Below are positions 1 to 12,228 of a stretch of DNA of 64,000 nt, in pieces. The stretch comes from Selaginella moellendorffii (Eukaryota > Plantae > Lycopodiophyta). Each line of letters starts with the position of its first letter. The first letter of the stretch is position 1. The notes under the pieces are model-generated. The model was not told where the DNA came from. It searched no databases and was given only the letters and a program-made list of their open reading frames with translations. The position numbers and the translations under genes were made by a program. The stretch covers positions 1,530,517 through 1,594,516 of the forward strand of contig NW_003314291.1 of NCBI RefSeq assembly GCF_000143415.4. The letters run 5' to 3'.

Positions 1-72
1 TCTATCATATACATTTCCCACGCGCAGAATGTCAAGCAAGAAACGTGTTACAAATCGGGTCTGCATGAGACA

Positions 73-2330
73 TTGGCACGAACACGAAAGCTCTGGGTTC
101 AACTAAAGAAGCCACAAAAACCAGGACAAGGACGTGCACTAGCAACTAGCGTCTGGCAGGTAAGCCTCGTTGCATGTGGCATAGCATGTGGCCTCACACC
201 ATTTCCATTTCAGGAATTCTCGAGTCTTCTCTCGAAAACACTGGGGGTCAATGACACACTTAGCATCCATAACATTCTACTCGCGACAAAAGTTGTTTTT
301 GACAAATGGGTAGATGTGCTGAGGAGGTACCATGACGGGGAGTTGCTAAACTCAATGGGTGTGGAGGACGGCCGGAAGCCCAATGATTTGAAGCTCAACG
401 CCTTGCGTTTTTCGCGGTCTCTAGACGACGACGACCTTCTGACAGTGGCTAATGCTCTTCTACGTGGTGAGGTAGTCTTCAACAAGACCAAAATGACTCC
501 TGGCCATATTGTGACATACGAGGACTTGTGCACGACTCTGAGAGCTCGTGCGCTGTTGAAGGATTGGATCTTCGAGCAAGTGGCCGTGGAGAGGGTGAGC
601 ATCGACACCACGCAAGAGATGATGGAAGAGTTGGAGTTGTCAAATGAAGACATCGACGAGTACGTGAAGGGGGCCCCCAAGTTCATCGATCTACTGCGGG
701 ATGCCACGAAAAGTAAAGCTAAGAAGTTGGATCAGTATCCAAATTTCATTAAGAGGGATGTCGACCGCCGGCTTCAGAAACAGCTCAACCCCGCAGTAGA
801 GGCCTATCGAGAACCTTACCGGGTATACATGAATTCGGATGAGGATCAAAGGTGGAGGAGCATCGTTTCCCGTGGAGATGAGCAGGTCAAGAACATCTTT
901 TGTGTGATGGACTTCACAAACGAGGAGATCACTCATGCAGATGAACTCAGCTCCATCATTGACTTAATAGTGGGACTTGCGGAGGTGGAATCTTCAGTCC
1001 ACTATATGATCTACGACTCCGAATCCTATCACAAGTTCTGGAAGGCCTTGAACGAGGTGAAGGCTCGGTTGAAAGGCAAGGAGATGCAGGAGATCCATGG
1101 GATAATGGCTAAGAAGAAGATACCGACGAATGTCCGCATCTTCACACTCGCCCTTATTATTGGTCTTGCAGCAGAGTGGGACTGGAGTGACTTCCCAGCT
1201 TCATTCGACAAGGCCGATCAAATTGATCTGAGGGAGGTCAATTTACCCGTGCCTAAGGAACTGAAGACGGCTATGGAGCTTTTGAATCCAGAGAAAGCTC
1301 CAGGTGCAGCATGGGAAATGCTCAGCTGGGTCTTCAACGCAATAGCGGGTGGGTCATCTGCTTCCGACTCCAAGGGCAAATGCGTTGTCGAGTACAACTG
1401 CGGCGGACTATTCTTTCGAGCTGCACTACTCAAGGGTGTCCCGTGTGTTGCGGTGACAAACTCCATTGAAGAGGTGACTTCAATGGAGCATATAATTACA
1501 GTTGCCAAAGAAAAACAGTATCTTCTCTGTGAACCTGGTGAGTACGCACTTTAAGTTTAAATGTTATCTCACAAGCTCTGTATGCAAGAGCGTGGCCACC
1601 CCCAGATGCTGAAACGGCGTTAACAGCTACTGTTGAAGATACCCATGTTGGGCCGAGCTCACAACCTGCACAAGGTAAGGTCACGTGAGGCCTCACGCCA
1701 TTTTGATTATAGATCGTTGTGAATATTCAGACACGAGGACTGAAAAGCGCACTGGTGGCGCGTCGAAGAAGGACAAACAGACAAGCAATAGGAAAAAAGG
1801 AGGTACAAATTATATTTGCAATGGCGTGTGGTCTCATGCCATTCACGTTTTTCTCATCTCATCGTCTTCGAAGGGTGCAAGAACGTGCAGAAACCATGTT
1901 AAGACAGTTGGGTGAGGATACAGTCCTAGGTCACGCACTAAAACAGGCTATGGATGTCTTGTATTTTGAGATGGAGACTCGGCCAGATGATTTTCCCAAG
2001 ATGGTCCTAGAAGAACAAGTCATCCAGCCTGAGCAGCCTATGGAAGAAATGCAGGAGGGGGATGAGGAGCCAGAGAAAGATAATGAGCAGGAAGAGCAGA
2101 AGGACGAAGAGGAGGACAAAGAAGAGGAGGACGAAGAAGAGGAGGACGAAGAGGACTTGGATGGTCCTCACAATGGTGACGATCACAATAATGACGACGA
2201 CGATGATGACGACGATGGCCAGCCTGAGGTGGCCAAAGAGCAGCAGAGGAAGGTCATACAAGACAAACCATCAGGTAAATAATAGTACATCCATTCCTAA
2301 CGTTTTACCATTTCTAACATTGTCCATGTA
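73..2330 (+). CDS. Multi-exon gene of unknown function (5' end probably outside the window); central exon resembles a degenerate beta-class N4/N6 DNA methyltransferase fold, followed by an acidic E/D-rich region
   Basis: 493-aa ORF 73-1554 with a GT-AG intron at 160-213. C-terminus NPEKAP..MLSWVF..GKCVVEYNCGGLFFRAALLKGVPCVAV resembles the P.KP..L..LI...GD.VLDPFxGSG..AA...GR..IG pattern. Poly-E/D exon at about 2040-2220. Exon structure not fully resolved. Confidence 0.45.
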
Positions 2331-4103
2331 GGTCGCAGAGCAAATGGTAAGTAGAGATTATTCAGTTGAATTAAGATACAAACTCTAGCCTTTAGTGTCG
2401 AGGAAGGATAGTGCCAAGCAAGGGTCGAAACGTATGTCCAATCCTTCAGAATCAGCAGTGCGCCCAAGTGATATCGGTCCTAGTTCCTCAATAGCAGTTG
2501 ATGGTAAATACAGTATAGTCGATTCAATGTGCTAATGAGTTTGTTTTTAGTAGCCAGTAGGGAGGATACCATCTCAATCGAAGGGAGATATTTGGACATG
2601 CATATGGATCCGCCAGTGGACTCTACTTGCCTGCAAGAGTCATCAGAGCTGGTGGAGGCTACTATCCATATCAACGCCAAGCAAGCTGACCACGCTCCAC
2701 TTGATGCTGCCCATACCACTGAGTCAATCTTGTCCACGTATCCAACTGACGGTGACCAGGCGCCATTGGACCCGCATGAGGCCGCCCCAGCCGCCGAGTC
2801 GGTCGTATCCTCATTTCCAATGGACTCAACGTGTGCCTAATCGTCTGACTACGCGCCGTTGGAACCTCCCTACACCGCCCCTGCTGCCTGTTCGGTCATG
2901 TCCACTTTGCCAACAGAGGCACCAGCTGAAATGGCGTGTGATCACACGCCATCGGAACCACCCCATGCCACTGTTGAGCCAGTTGTACCAGAGTCTACAG
3001 CTGAAATGGCATGTGCCCACACGCCATCGGATGCGATTGACCCCACATTGCAGAGGAGAGTATTTTCGCCCTTCACGTTTCCTCGACCAAAACCCTCTCA
3101 ACGACCATCGGGAGCACCATTCGCTAATATTGTAGATGGTAAAATTGACTTGTACCATTTTTTATGCTGACGCATTTCATTTCAGAGTCACGGCGAAGGT
3201 ACTGTATCGTTTTTGATCTGAACGGTGTCCTTTTCTCCCATGAGCGTGGCTCGTCCTCGAATGTCACTGCACCCTCCAAAGCCTGCGGTCGCAAGTTGGT
3301 CAAAAGAGACAGATTCACATTAATCACACGGGAGAAACTGCGGAATCTAATAATGACCATGCGACACTTAAAACAGAGGGCCGGGTTCAATTTGCAATTG
3401 GGAGTTTGGACATCCATGATGCGCCACAATGCATTAACGTTGCTACAGATGATGCACGATCAGACGCGAGTAATATTACCATTTGACTTTCTCCTAACGC
3501 AGGAGGATTGCTTGACTATGGTCCATGTGAGGGGTAGCAAGCCCATCTTCGTCAAGCCAGAGGCTGTAGTGATGAACCAGACTGCTAGGTCAAGTGAAAT
3601 CCTCATCATCGATGACTCGCCGATTAAAACTGCAGCGAACACGCACACATATGCAGTGCACCCCATCTCTTGCAGTATGGAAACTAGGGAGAAGAAACCG
3701 TATGTTCTGGGGACCTTGCAAAACGGCTTGGAGCGATGGTGATAGAGAACCAGCCAGTCCAGTAGGTGGCTGCAGAAATCAACCAAATGGCAGATGGAAC
3801 GGTATATCAGAAGCCATTTGATCGAACAGACACCAGTCATCATTTATGGCATGTATATTGTCTAGCCAAGCACTATCCGCATCTCCATAATCTGCTCAAC
3901 CGGATGGGTTCTTCGACCACTGAACATGAGCGTGGACGTATTAGAGAAGAGATGGCATTACTATTGGGTTTAAATCCTGATAGTGTGGAGAGTGATGAAA
4001 TTCCAAGATTATTGTATAGGCGTTGGAGGCAAAAAATAACAGTCTAAGATGGCATGTATTTATTTAAAAATGTAACTTATTATGGCATGGGGTTCCATGC
4101 CAT
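181..4103. repeat. Dispersed 22-bp palindromic motif ATGGC(G/A)TGTG-NN-C(A/T)CACGCCAT
   Basis: Copies at 181-202, 1680-1701, 1821-1842, 2931-2952 (perfect palindrome), 3006-3027 and 4082-4103. Half-sites near 3846, 4049 and 4375. Confidence 0.75.
3164..3742 (+). CDS. FCP1/SCP (NIF) family HAD phosphatase-like domain, possibly the tail of the upstream gene
   Basis: IVFDLNGVL (motif I variant), LGVWTSMMRHNA, LTQEDC, KPIFVK and ILIIDDSPIKT motifs. Coding continues into 3766-4047 after a stop or frameshift. Confidence 0.7.
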   Translation: MLTHFISESRRRYCIVFDLNGVLFSHERGSSSNVTAPSKACGRKLVKRDRFTLITREKLRNLIMTMRHLKQRAGFNLQLGVWTSMMRHNALTLLQMMHDQTRVILPFDFLLTQEDCLTMVHVRGSKPIFVKPEAVVMNQTARSSEILIIDDSPIKTAANTHTYAVHPISCSMETREKKPYVLGTLQNGLERW

Positions 4104-4449
4104 TGTATCAATATTAAAAGACAATTCTTTGAGAGGATTTGCATTATACTAGAAGTGTTACAGCATGTTATTGGAAGTCTATGAAGTTGTTTTACTTTAT
4201 AAGGGGAAAGTAAAGATTGAATGGGGACTTGGGCTCCACCTAGACTCGGAGCAACTGAGCCAATATTAAAAGGATGGAAAGAAATTTGACGACGATGACA
4301 AGGAGAAGAGAGAGGTGAAGCAGTGGCAAGGGGAGGAGAAGTGATTGAGTAGACATTTCCTTGTTTAAAATAAAATGGCATGTGCCTCAATGCAGTTGAA
4401 TTTTGTTATATTTATATACTATATAAAGGTTTGGAAACCTTATTTTACA

Positions 4450-7400
4450 AGTGGGATAATGAAAATTCCCACTTTAACGAAATAGAGCTTAACAACCACT
4501 TTTCTACACCAACTCCAGACTCTATCTAACTCAATTGCCTTAGCCCCAAAAGTTAGCATCCCTTTAGGCCGCATCATACAAACTACATACTAAAGTTTAA
4601 GTTAACCAAAGTCAACTTCAACCCTTTCATTAGTTTGTATTGGTTTACAAAAACAGAATGGTTTTCAAGCAAAATGATCAACAGATTAACCATTGGAAAA
4701 GTTTAAGAAAATTTGTGGAAAATTTTCCATCCTAGAGAAAAAATGATTCTCAATCCAGGAATGCAAATTTTTTAGACTCAACTAACTTCTTCCTACTAAC
4801 AACTTCACATAGGTTCACCTCAACACAAATTCTTAAAACCCATATTATGCTTAAGCCTCAAACATCTTTGCCCATATCTCCAAATTTAACATCGACATTT
4901 ACAAAATGCAAAATGAACATTCAAGGCTTGATCATGAAGACTATAACTTCAGATAACAACATTGCACTAACACTCTTCTTCAATCACTTTCAAGATTTAA
5001 TGTGAAACCAAAACACTAACAAGAAAAATGATATGGAAAGTCAAGGTTTACATCACTCGAAATAATAATACCACTTCCACTAACACAAGTGCTAGTGATG
5101 TTAATGCCTCAACTATACATCTTCTTCATCCAACAATCTACTCCAAGTGCTAACGGATTAACTAATAAGCCATAGCAAGTGAATGCTATAACCCTTTTCA
5201 ATACCTCATGGGCAAATTCAAGGAACTAAAAAACCAACTAAAACTTAGCATAATGGACCACCATCGAGAATCCAATCAAAACTACTAGAATGCTACTTCG
5301 TGCAAGTAGACTAACTTCAATATCAACCACTTTGGGGTTGATCATTATTTAACCAAGCAACTTCTTAAACACATTGCTCATTGTTACATGGATATGCTAT
5401 AAGTATTATAATGACTTGATCATCAATTGAGCAACACCACAAACAATGCTAATATCATTACTTCAAATGTTTATGTGACTATCAAGTGCTAACTCGATTC
5501 GACAAAATGCAACATAAATACCACACTCCACTGATAGAGATTTACAACACCCAACACCACTAACTTTTGCTCACAACATGGACAAGCTCATGTCACTTTC
5601 TTTCCGACTAAACTCAAAACTAATCCAACACCTAGCTACTCAAGGAGCAATAGCAGATTCCCTGGAAAAGAATTGAACATTGTAACACAAGTCTTTTAAT
5701 ACCAAGTTTAGACAAAATGGTATAACACTTCACTGCTATCCATCTTATAACTCACCACTTGTAAGACCATCATAACCAATATGCATCAAGATAGGGTTTC
5801 TCGATTGCATAATGTGAACATGGGCAATGAGTCACACCTCGTTGCAAATCATCTCTCCAAGAAGAGAAAATGATTTACGTGCTTGATCCCTCGTCTCTGA
5901 TAACTCTTTTTTCAGTCTCATCTTTGACCAAACCTCAAGCTTGCATTAACACTGCCTTTAGTCCAATCCAAGAAAAGTTTTTGAAAGAGCACGGTAATAG
6001 CTATATGAACCAATAAACTAATCCCTATAGTTTTGATTGATCCACTTGTAATCATGCCTAGGAAAGATCCATTAGACCATGCTAAACAGCTACAGACTAG
6101 TATTTGCCACTTATAGCAAACCTAGAGAAGGTTTACTTTCTCCCATAGTACATGAAACAACTTATAGAACCACCAATACGCTAACATTAATCCTGTCAAC
6201 TCAAAGTGTAACCTTGAGTTACTAATGTGCCTCATTCATGAGCCCAAGTGCAAACTCACATTATTATGGTACAAAAAAGTAACTAAATCCATACCTAAGG
6301 AACGAATGTGAAGCCTTTGCACCCAAACGTATACCCTCTCAGATCATCATTTTCATCTCTGTGTATACAATGAGACTAGTTGCCCAATCTCATTGGATTG
6401 TACTCACTGAGACATTCTTGGATACCAAATATAGTGCACATGGTTTTTACCCTTTATCTTATGGTGATTTACCATAGGATAACCACGAAGCGGAACCTAA
6501 ACCCTTCATAAGCCATGTGTCATATGCCACGTATCACATGACATGTGTCCAAAGGACAGTGGTGTGGAACTTGAGTTTCAAGGCCTTGGGCCATTGAACG
6601 AAGGTATGATGCCAAACTCCCAAGCATGAAGCCAAGGAACAATGGCACTGGAGCACGGAATGACTCCTAAGCATATAGCCCAAGGAGCGAAGGGACAGGA
6701 GCACGGAGTGAATTTGAATAGTTCTAGAGTATCCAACATCCCAATACTAGGATCAGCACACAAAATAGAGCCAAACGGAGTCTAGCACTATTTCAGCATA
6801 CCAGTGACCTAACACAAAGATATGGTACTCCACCAGCTAGCATGGTGTAGAGCTTGGGCTTAGACCCAAGCCACACATAAAACAAGGACAAGCACGCAAA
6901 TGGGAGCTAGACTATGCCTCAAGGTGGTCAGCCATGCCCAAGCTACCCACTAATCCCTACTATACATTTAAAACCCCCCATAGCCCCCTCCCCTTGAGGA
7001 ACACATGCTTTGGGCTTTCACCCCAAGCCTCTCTTAGTATCAAGAGTTAGTCTTTAAGACAAGCTCAAAACTTATTAAATATGGAATATCCCTAGATTGT
7101 GAATTTGGACATGGGACAAACACTATTGTATTCAGAACAATCTCTACATTCCATAGATATGCCAAATGAGCAAATCTAGACACTTTCCATAAATAGCATT
7201 TGGGACCGAAATAAGACTAACACAAAGGGTATAATAGTGAGGGTGTTTGGCAAACACGGTAAGCTATCATCCAGTGATATTGAAGGACTAACCTCAATAT
7301 GCAAAGGTTTTTATCAAGCCAGTGCAAGACAGAGCAAAAGAGAACTAAAAGACAAGCCGAGTATGCTCAGCTAGAAACACATAGGAGTTCCTACCTTATA

Positions 7401-8508
7401 TAAGTACAGGTGCTAAGCCTAGTAAACTAACACTTGAACAAGAGGAGCTGATAAAGGGAACTAGCAATATCAACCTCCTGCCGTCATGGTAGTAAGGAAA
7501 GAATATTTGTAAGGACTGACCGACAAGTAACTTTCGATACCCGAAATGTTGCAAATGTGACTTCGGGTATCGAAAGCTACCTATCAGCCAGTCCTTACGA
7601 ACACTCTTTCCTTACTGCCATGATGGCAGAAGGTCGGTATTATTGGTTCCTTTTATCAGCCCCTCTTGTTCAAGTGTTAGTTTACTGGGCTTAGCATCTA
7701 TACTTAGCCAGATGGACATAAGGTAGGAACTTTTATGTATTTCTAGCTGAGCATACTTGGCCTAGCTCTTAGTCCTCTTTTGCTCTGTCTTGCATTGGCT
7801 TAACAAGAACCCTCGCATATTGAGGTTAGTCCTTCAATATCGCTGGATGATAGCTTACTGTGTCTGCCAAACACCCTCACTTTCATGCCCTTTGTGTTAG
7901 TCTCATTTCGGTCCCAAATGCTATTTATGGAAAGTGTCTAGATTCGCTCATTTGGCATACCTATGCAATGTAAAGATTTTCTTGAACACAATGGTATTCG
8001 TGTCGTGTCCAAATTTGCAATCTAGAGACATTCCATATTTAGGAAGTTTCGAGTTTGTCCTCCCACTTATGTTTAGTAAGTTTCAAGCTTGCCCTCTCGT
8101 TTCGAGCTTGTCCTCGTGTTAAGCCACTAGTATGCCAAAATAGTGCCAGACTCTGTTTTGCTCCATTTTGCATGTTGGTCCTGGCATTGGGATGCTAGTT
8201 GCTCTAGAACTGTTCCAAGTTGCTCCGAGCTCTTGTCCCTTCACTCCTTGGGCTGTATGCTTAGAAGTTGCTCCATGGTCTAGTTCTGTCACTCCTTGGC
8301 TCCATGCTTGGGAGTTTAGCACTGTTCCTTCATTCAGTGGCCCAAGGCCCTGAATCTCAAGTTCCAGACCACTGTCCTATGGACACATGGCATGTGACAT
8401 GTGGCATATAGAGGGTTTAGGTTCCGCTTCGTGGTGTTATCCTATGGTAAATCTCTATAGGATAAAGGGTAAAAACCACGTGTGCTACATGAAGTCACAT
8501 TTATGACA
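4450..8508 (-). mobile_element. Decayed Ty1/copia-like LTR retrotransposon: 5' LTR 6430-8508 (interrupted), PBS about 6417-6427, gag and protease remnants
   Basis: Minus-strand TGGTATC next to the LTR end, remnant WILDGG protease motif (about 5260-5275), CYN zinc-knuckle remnant (about 5680). The left boundary is uncertain. Confidence 0.55.
7547..8489 (+). mobile_element. Solo LTR of the same family inserted in inverted orientation near the end of the host LTR
   Basis: TG...CA ends. Decayed TSD CGAAA (7542-7546) / TGAAG (8490-8494). The host LTR terminus resumes at 8495-8508. Sequence is the reverse complement of 6430-7546. Confidence 0.8.
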
Positions 8509-9128
8509 ATCAATAACTCTTTGAGATCCATGAACGTCCGATCACAATTCAGAGACCAGATGAAAAATGACATTAATGACTTCAGTAATGTTCGCAACAA
8601 TGCTGTGCGATCAGAAAGATGATCCATAAAAAGACTAAGATACTACACTTTGCCCAAAAAGTGTTGCACATCATTTATACACTTCGGAGTAGGGAACTTT
8701 AGAACAGCCACAAGTTTGTCAAGATGAACTTACAAACCCTCATGAGAAATACAATACCCAAGATAAATCATATCCTTGGACCCAAACATGCACTTTGATC
8801 ACTTCAACTTTAAACCAATGTCCCGTAGCTAATTCAACACTTTACAAACATCACAGACATGCTCCTCCCACGTTCCCTCCGAGTAGATCAAGACATCATC
8901 AATGAAGTCAGCAGTCACCTCTGGCATATCACAAAAAACCTCATTCATCATCTGCTGGAAAGTTACTAAAGCATTGTTCAAACCAAATGGCATCACCAAG
9001 AACTCGTATAAACCAAATGGTATATGAAAAACAGTCTTAAGAATATCTTCTTCGGCCATCGATACTTACTAATACCCAGAAGCAAGATCTAAGTGGTGAA
9101 CTAATGACTTCTCCCCAAACAATCCCAA

Positions 9129-9827
9129 TGTAAGCAACCAAAAGGGAACGACTCGAGAGACGATCCATAGGGGTTCAAATATAGAGGGAAAGGGCCCATG
9201 AACAAGAGTGCACCCCCTTTTCCAATCGGTTAAGGGTCTTGGGATATTTGGGGTTAAGCGTCCTTGGGTGTGAATAGTACTGGGCTGGGTGACCTCCCGG
9301 GAAGTCCAAACTCAGGAGCTTACATTTGGTATCAGAGGGGTCTCGGGTCCGACTCTATTGGTTGGCTAGGGGAATCACACCACATGTTGATTGACATCTG
9401 GCTGGTCCAGTTTGCTCCCGCTGGGCTCGACCCGAGGGGTAGGGTGTCAAGAGAGCGGGGCTCTCGGGAGAGCTGCGGCTCTCAGCTTCCGTTCACGAGG
9501 GCGTGAACTTGCAGGGAAGCGTGGTGGATTGTAAGCAACCAAAAGGGAACGACTCGAGAGACGATCCATAGGGGTTCAAATATAGAGGGAAAGGGCCCAT
9601 GAACAAGAACTTGCAGGGAAGCGTGGTGGATTGTAAGCAACCAAAAGGGAACGACTCGAGAGACGATCCATAGGGGTTCAAATATAGAGGGAAAGGGCCC
9701 ATGAACAAGAGTGCGCCCCCTTTTCCAATCGGTTAAGGGTCTTGGGATATTTGGGGTTAAGCGTCCTTGGGTGTGAATAGTACTGGGCTGGGTGACCTCC
9801 CGGGAAGTCCAAACTCAGGAGCTTACA
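9129..9827 (+). mobile_element. Cassandra-type TRIM (non-autonomous LTR retrotransposon with a 5S rRNA-like domain in its LTRs)
   Basis: 196-bp LTRs 9129-9324 and 9632-9827 (TGTAAGC...GCTTACA, 1 mismatch seen), TSD CCCAA, PBS TGGTATCAGAG at 9327-9337, purine tract before the 3' LTR, non-coding internal region. Confidence 0.92.
9252..9307 (+). promoter_or_regulatory. 5S rRNA-derived Pol III internal control region (A box, IE, C box) in the Cassandra 5' LTR; second copy at 9755-9810
   Basis: GGTTAAGCGTCCTTGGGTGTGAATAGTACTGGGCTGGGTGACCTCCCGGGAAGTCC matches the central part of plant 5S rRNA. Confidence 0.88.
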
Positions 9828-11127
9828 CCCAAGAGATCAATAGTATGAGGAAGAGGGTATACATCTGGGATTGTCACTTCGTTTAATGGACAATAGTCGA
9901 TGCAAAAACAAATACTCCCATCAAACTTCATCACAATATGAAGTTCATATACTCAAGGACTCCGCAACTTCCGAATAACACCCTTTTCTAACATCTCCTT
10001 GATGTTTACACATAAAATTTTGATCCCTTTAGGTGACCAAAGATGAACAAGAACCTTGATTGAACAAGCATCCCTAGTAGGAATTGGATGACGTGTGGCA
10101 ATCTTGGCCCTAGACGATAGGTCAAATTCAAAGAGATCGGAATACTAATTCATGAGCCAGTCAATCATGCAACACAAAGACTGTCGAAGGGATAGGAAAA
10201 GGGAAGAATAAAACAAGACAGAAACATAGGAGGAAGTAGTGGAGGGACAAAAGCAATAGAAACAGAGGTAGAAGAAAAGGGACAAAGAGGTGCGGAAGTG
10301 AGAGGAATGGATGAAATATAAGGAAGTATGAGACAAAGGGGAGAAGCCTCAAAGTCACACTTGGCATGATTGTGCTGCAACCAATCCATACCAAGGATGA
10401 GGTCAAAAGCTTGACTCGGCACTACCCGTAATGACTACAACCCAAGCTCAAAATTGCCCACACACACAACTAAGTCCACCTCATCTTGTGCACATGTATG
10501 TGTACGGCCGTTGCCATAAACAATGAAAACTAGCTCCACTGCATAACGCAAGTGTAAATGGCAATGTGTGGCAACAGGTCAAGCAATAGAAGATAAACTC
10601 AAACCTGTATCAACCAATACAGAGAGAAGAATAAGAGACCGCTTGTTATAAAAACGAGCTTGGAAAGTAACACTAAATGAACTAGTGCCAAGTGAACCCC
10701 CTTGATAATACTCCCAAAAGAAAGATGGAGAGGTCACTAACTTATTTGCGTAAGGTCCCTCTGATACTCATGTGATTCCTCGTTTCTTAGATGCATCTTA
10801 GTGTCTAGACCTTCTATTGCAGCAGCACCAACAAGATGTTGTTGATGCCAAGGTCTCCACCCAGGAAATGGTGGCCGCCAATCTGGAAAACACCAACAAC
10901 GCTAAGAAGTTTGACCAACTTCATCATACGCTCAACAATAAACATCACGGCCACGACCACGTCCTCCCCCTTGTCCTTGGACTCAAGTAGCAGAAGTATC
11001 AACCTCCATTAGAACAAGATCATCACCCACAAAAAGTGGAGCTAATGTAAAGAACCAACTCACCAAGGTGTCGTAGGCTAAAGGATCCCTGAAAGCATGA
11101 CCAAAATGACAAAGAGTTCATCGGATG

Positions 11128-11389
11128 GGACTGAGTCAAAGATCGAGTCCAAGACCGACTCTGAGACCAAGTTCGAGATAGAGTCCGGGATCGAGTCCGA
11201 GGCCGAATCGGAGACCGAGTTCGAGATAGAGTCCGAGATCCAAATCGGGTCCAAGATCGAGTCCGAGGTGGAGTCCGAAGTCGAGTCCGAGATCGAGTCC
11301 AAGATCGAGTTCGAGATCGAGTCCGAGACCAAGTCTGAAGTCGCGTCCGAGATCGAGTCCGAGATCGAGTCCAAGACCGAGTCTGAGTA
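11128..11389 (+). repeat. Hexamer-based (GAGTCC/GAGATC/GAGACC) array inside family A LTRs; also about 17475-17700, 53265-53410 and 57435-57635
   Basis: Direct reading. Copy number differs between LTRs. Confidence 0.9.
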
Positions 11390-12228
11390 CTAATATGGGT
11401 CAAGGGGTGAAAGCCCAAAGCGTGTGTCTCCCAGGGGGGAGGGCTGCAGGGGGTTCCAAAAGTATAGTAGGGATAGTGAGGTCCAGGAACTAGTCTTAAA
11501 GGAACTGTGCTTCCAAATTGACTTGAGGTTGAGACTGGGGCCGAGGGGCCTTAGGTGGGAGTGAGCAGGGACTTGGGTGGTGCCGGAGGGGCCACCCTAG
11601 GAAGTGCTCAAGAGCAGCTCCCACTCCCGAAAGGGAAACCGACTGCAGTGCTCCCGGCTCATGTGGAGTGGTGCCCCACTTGAGTACCATGCAGCTCATT
11701 GGTCCTCCCCCTTCCTAGGGGCTTGCGCCTTCCTTTGGGATGGAAGTGGGGGGGTAGAGGTACCCATACCGGGTTGTTAGGCCATGGTATTTCGCTCCAG
11801 CATCCCAAGGCAAGTGTTGCACCCAAGGCTTAGGATTTAGAGGGTCCCATGATCAATCCTTGTGGTACCAAGGGGTATTAGGAACCTGGAGGCTTGGTGT
11901 GCTTGGCTACTTGTGCCTGCGGGGAGTGTAGCCGAACCTTAAGTCTAGTCTAACCTAGGGAGGGGGATTGAGAGAGATTTGGAAATCCGTGGATGGATGG
12001 CTAACGCTCTGTTACTCGTGCAGTGAGTAGCTGAAACCAAGTAGGCCCAGGTAGGAGCTGGTACCATAGGCGGGAACCTTGGCGAGGGAACTTAGCTAAA
12101 GCCAAGGCAGTGTTGGACGGGTAGACAAGGTAAGCTGGCAAATTGGAAAGGAAAAATTTGTGGCTTACAATTTGGTATCAGAGCCTTTTCCTTAGTTCTA
12201 GCGAAGGATAGAGGCAGATTGCTGGGAG

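Larger units (their letters stand above)
8509..11045 (-). pseudogene. Decayed Ty3/gypsy pol (protease and RT), host to later insertions
   Basis: [14 protein letters not shown]...FIDDVLIYS at 8829-9059; AFDLILGMDWLQ at about 10370-10410; many stops. Confidence 0.8.

Noticed and set aside
9252-9307. 5S rRNA gene
   Set aside because: Only the central 56 nt or so match. The 5' and 3' ends and the T-run terminator are absent, and it lies inside LTRs.
9505-9708. CRISPR-like array
   Set aside because: A simple tandem duplication with no unique spacers, in a eukaryotic context.
11023-11418. SR-rich and ES-rich ORFs (also about 17424-17703, 58891-59575 and 63507-63999)
   Set aside because: By-products of stop-poor hexamer repeats in LTRs, open in several frames.
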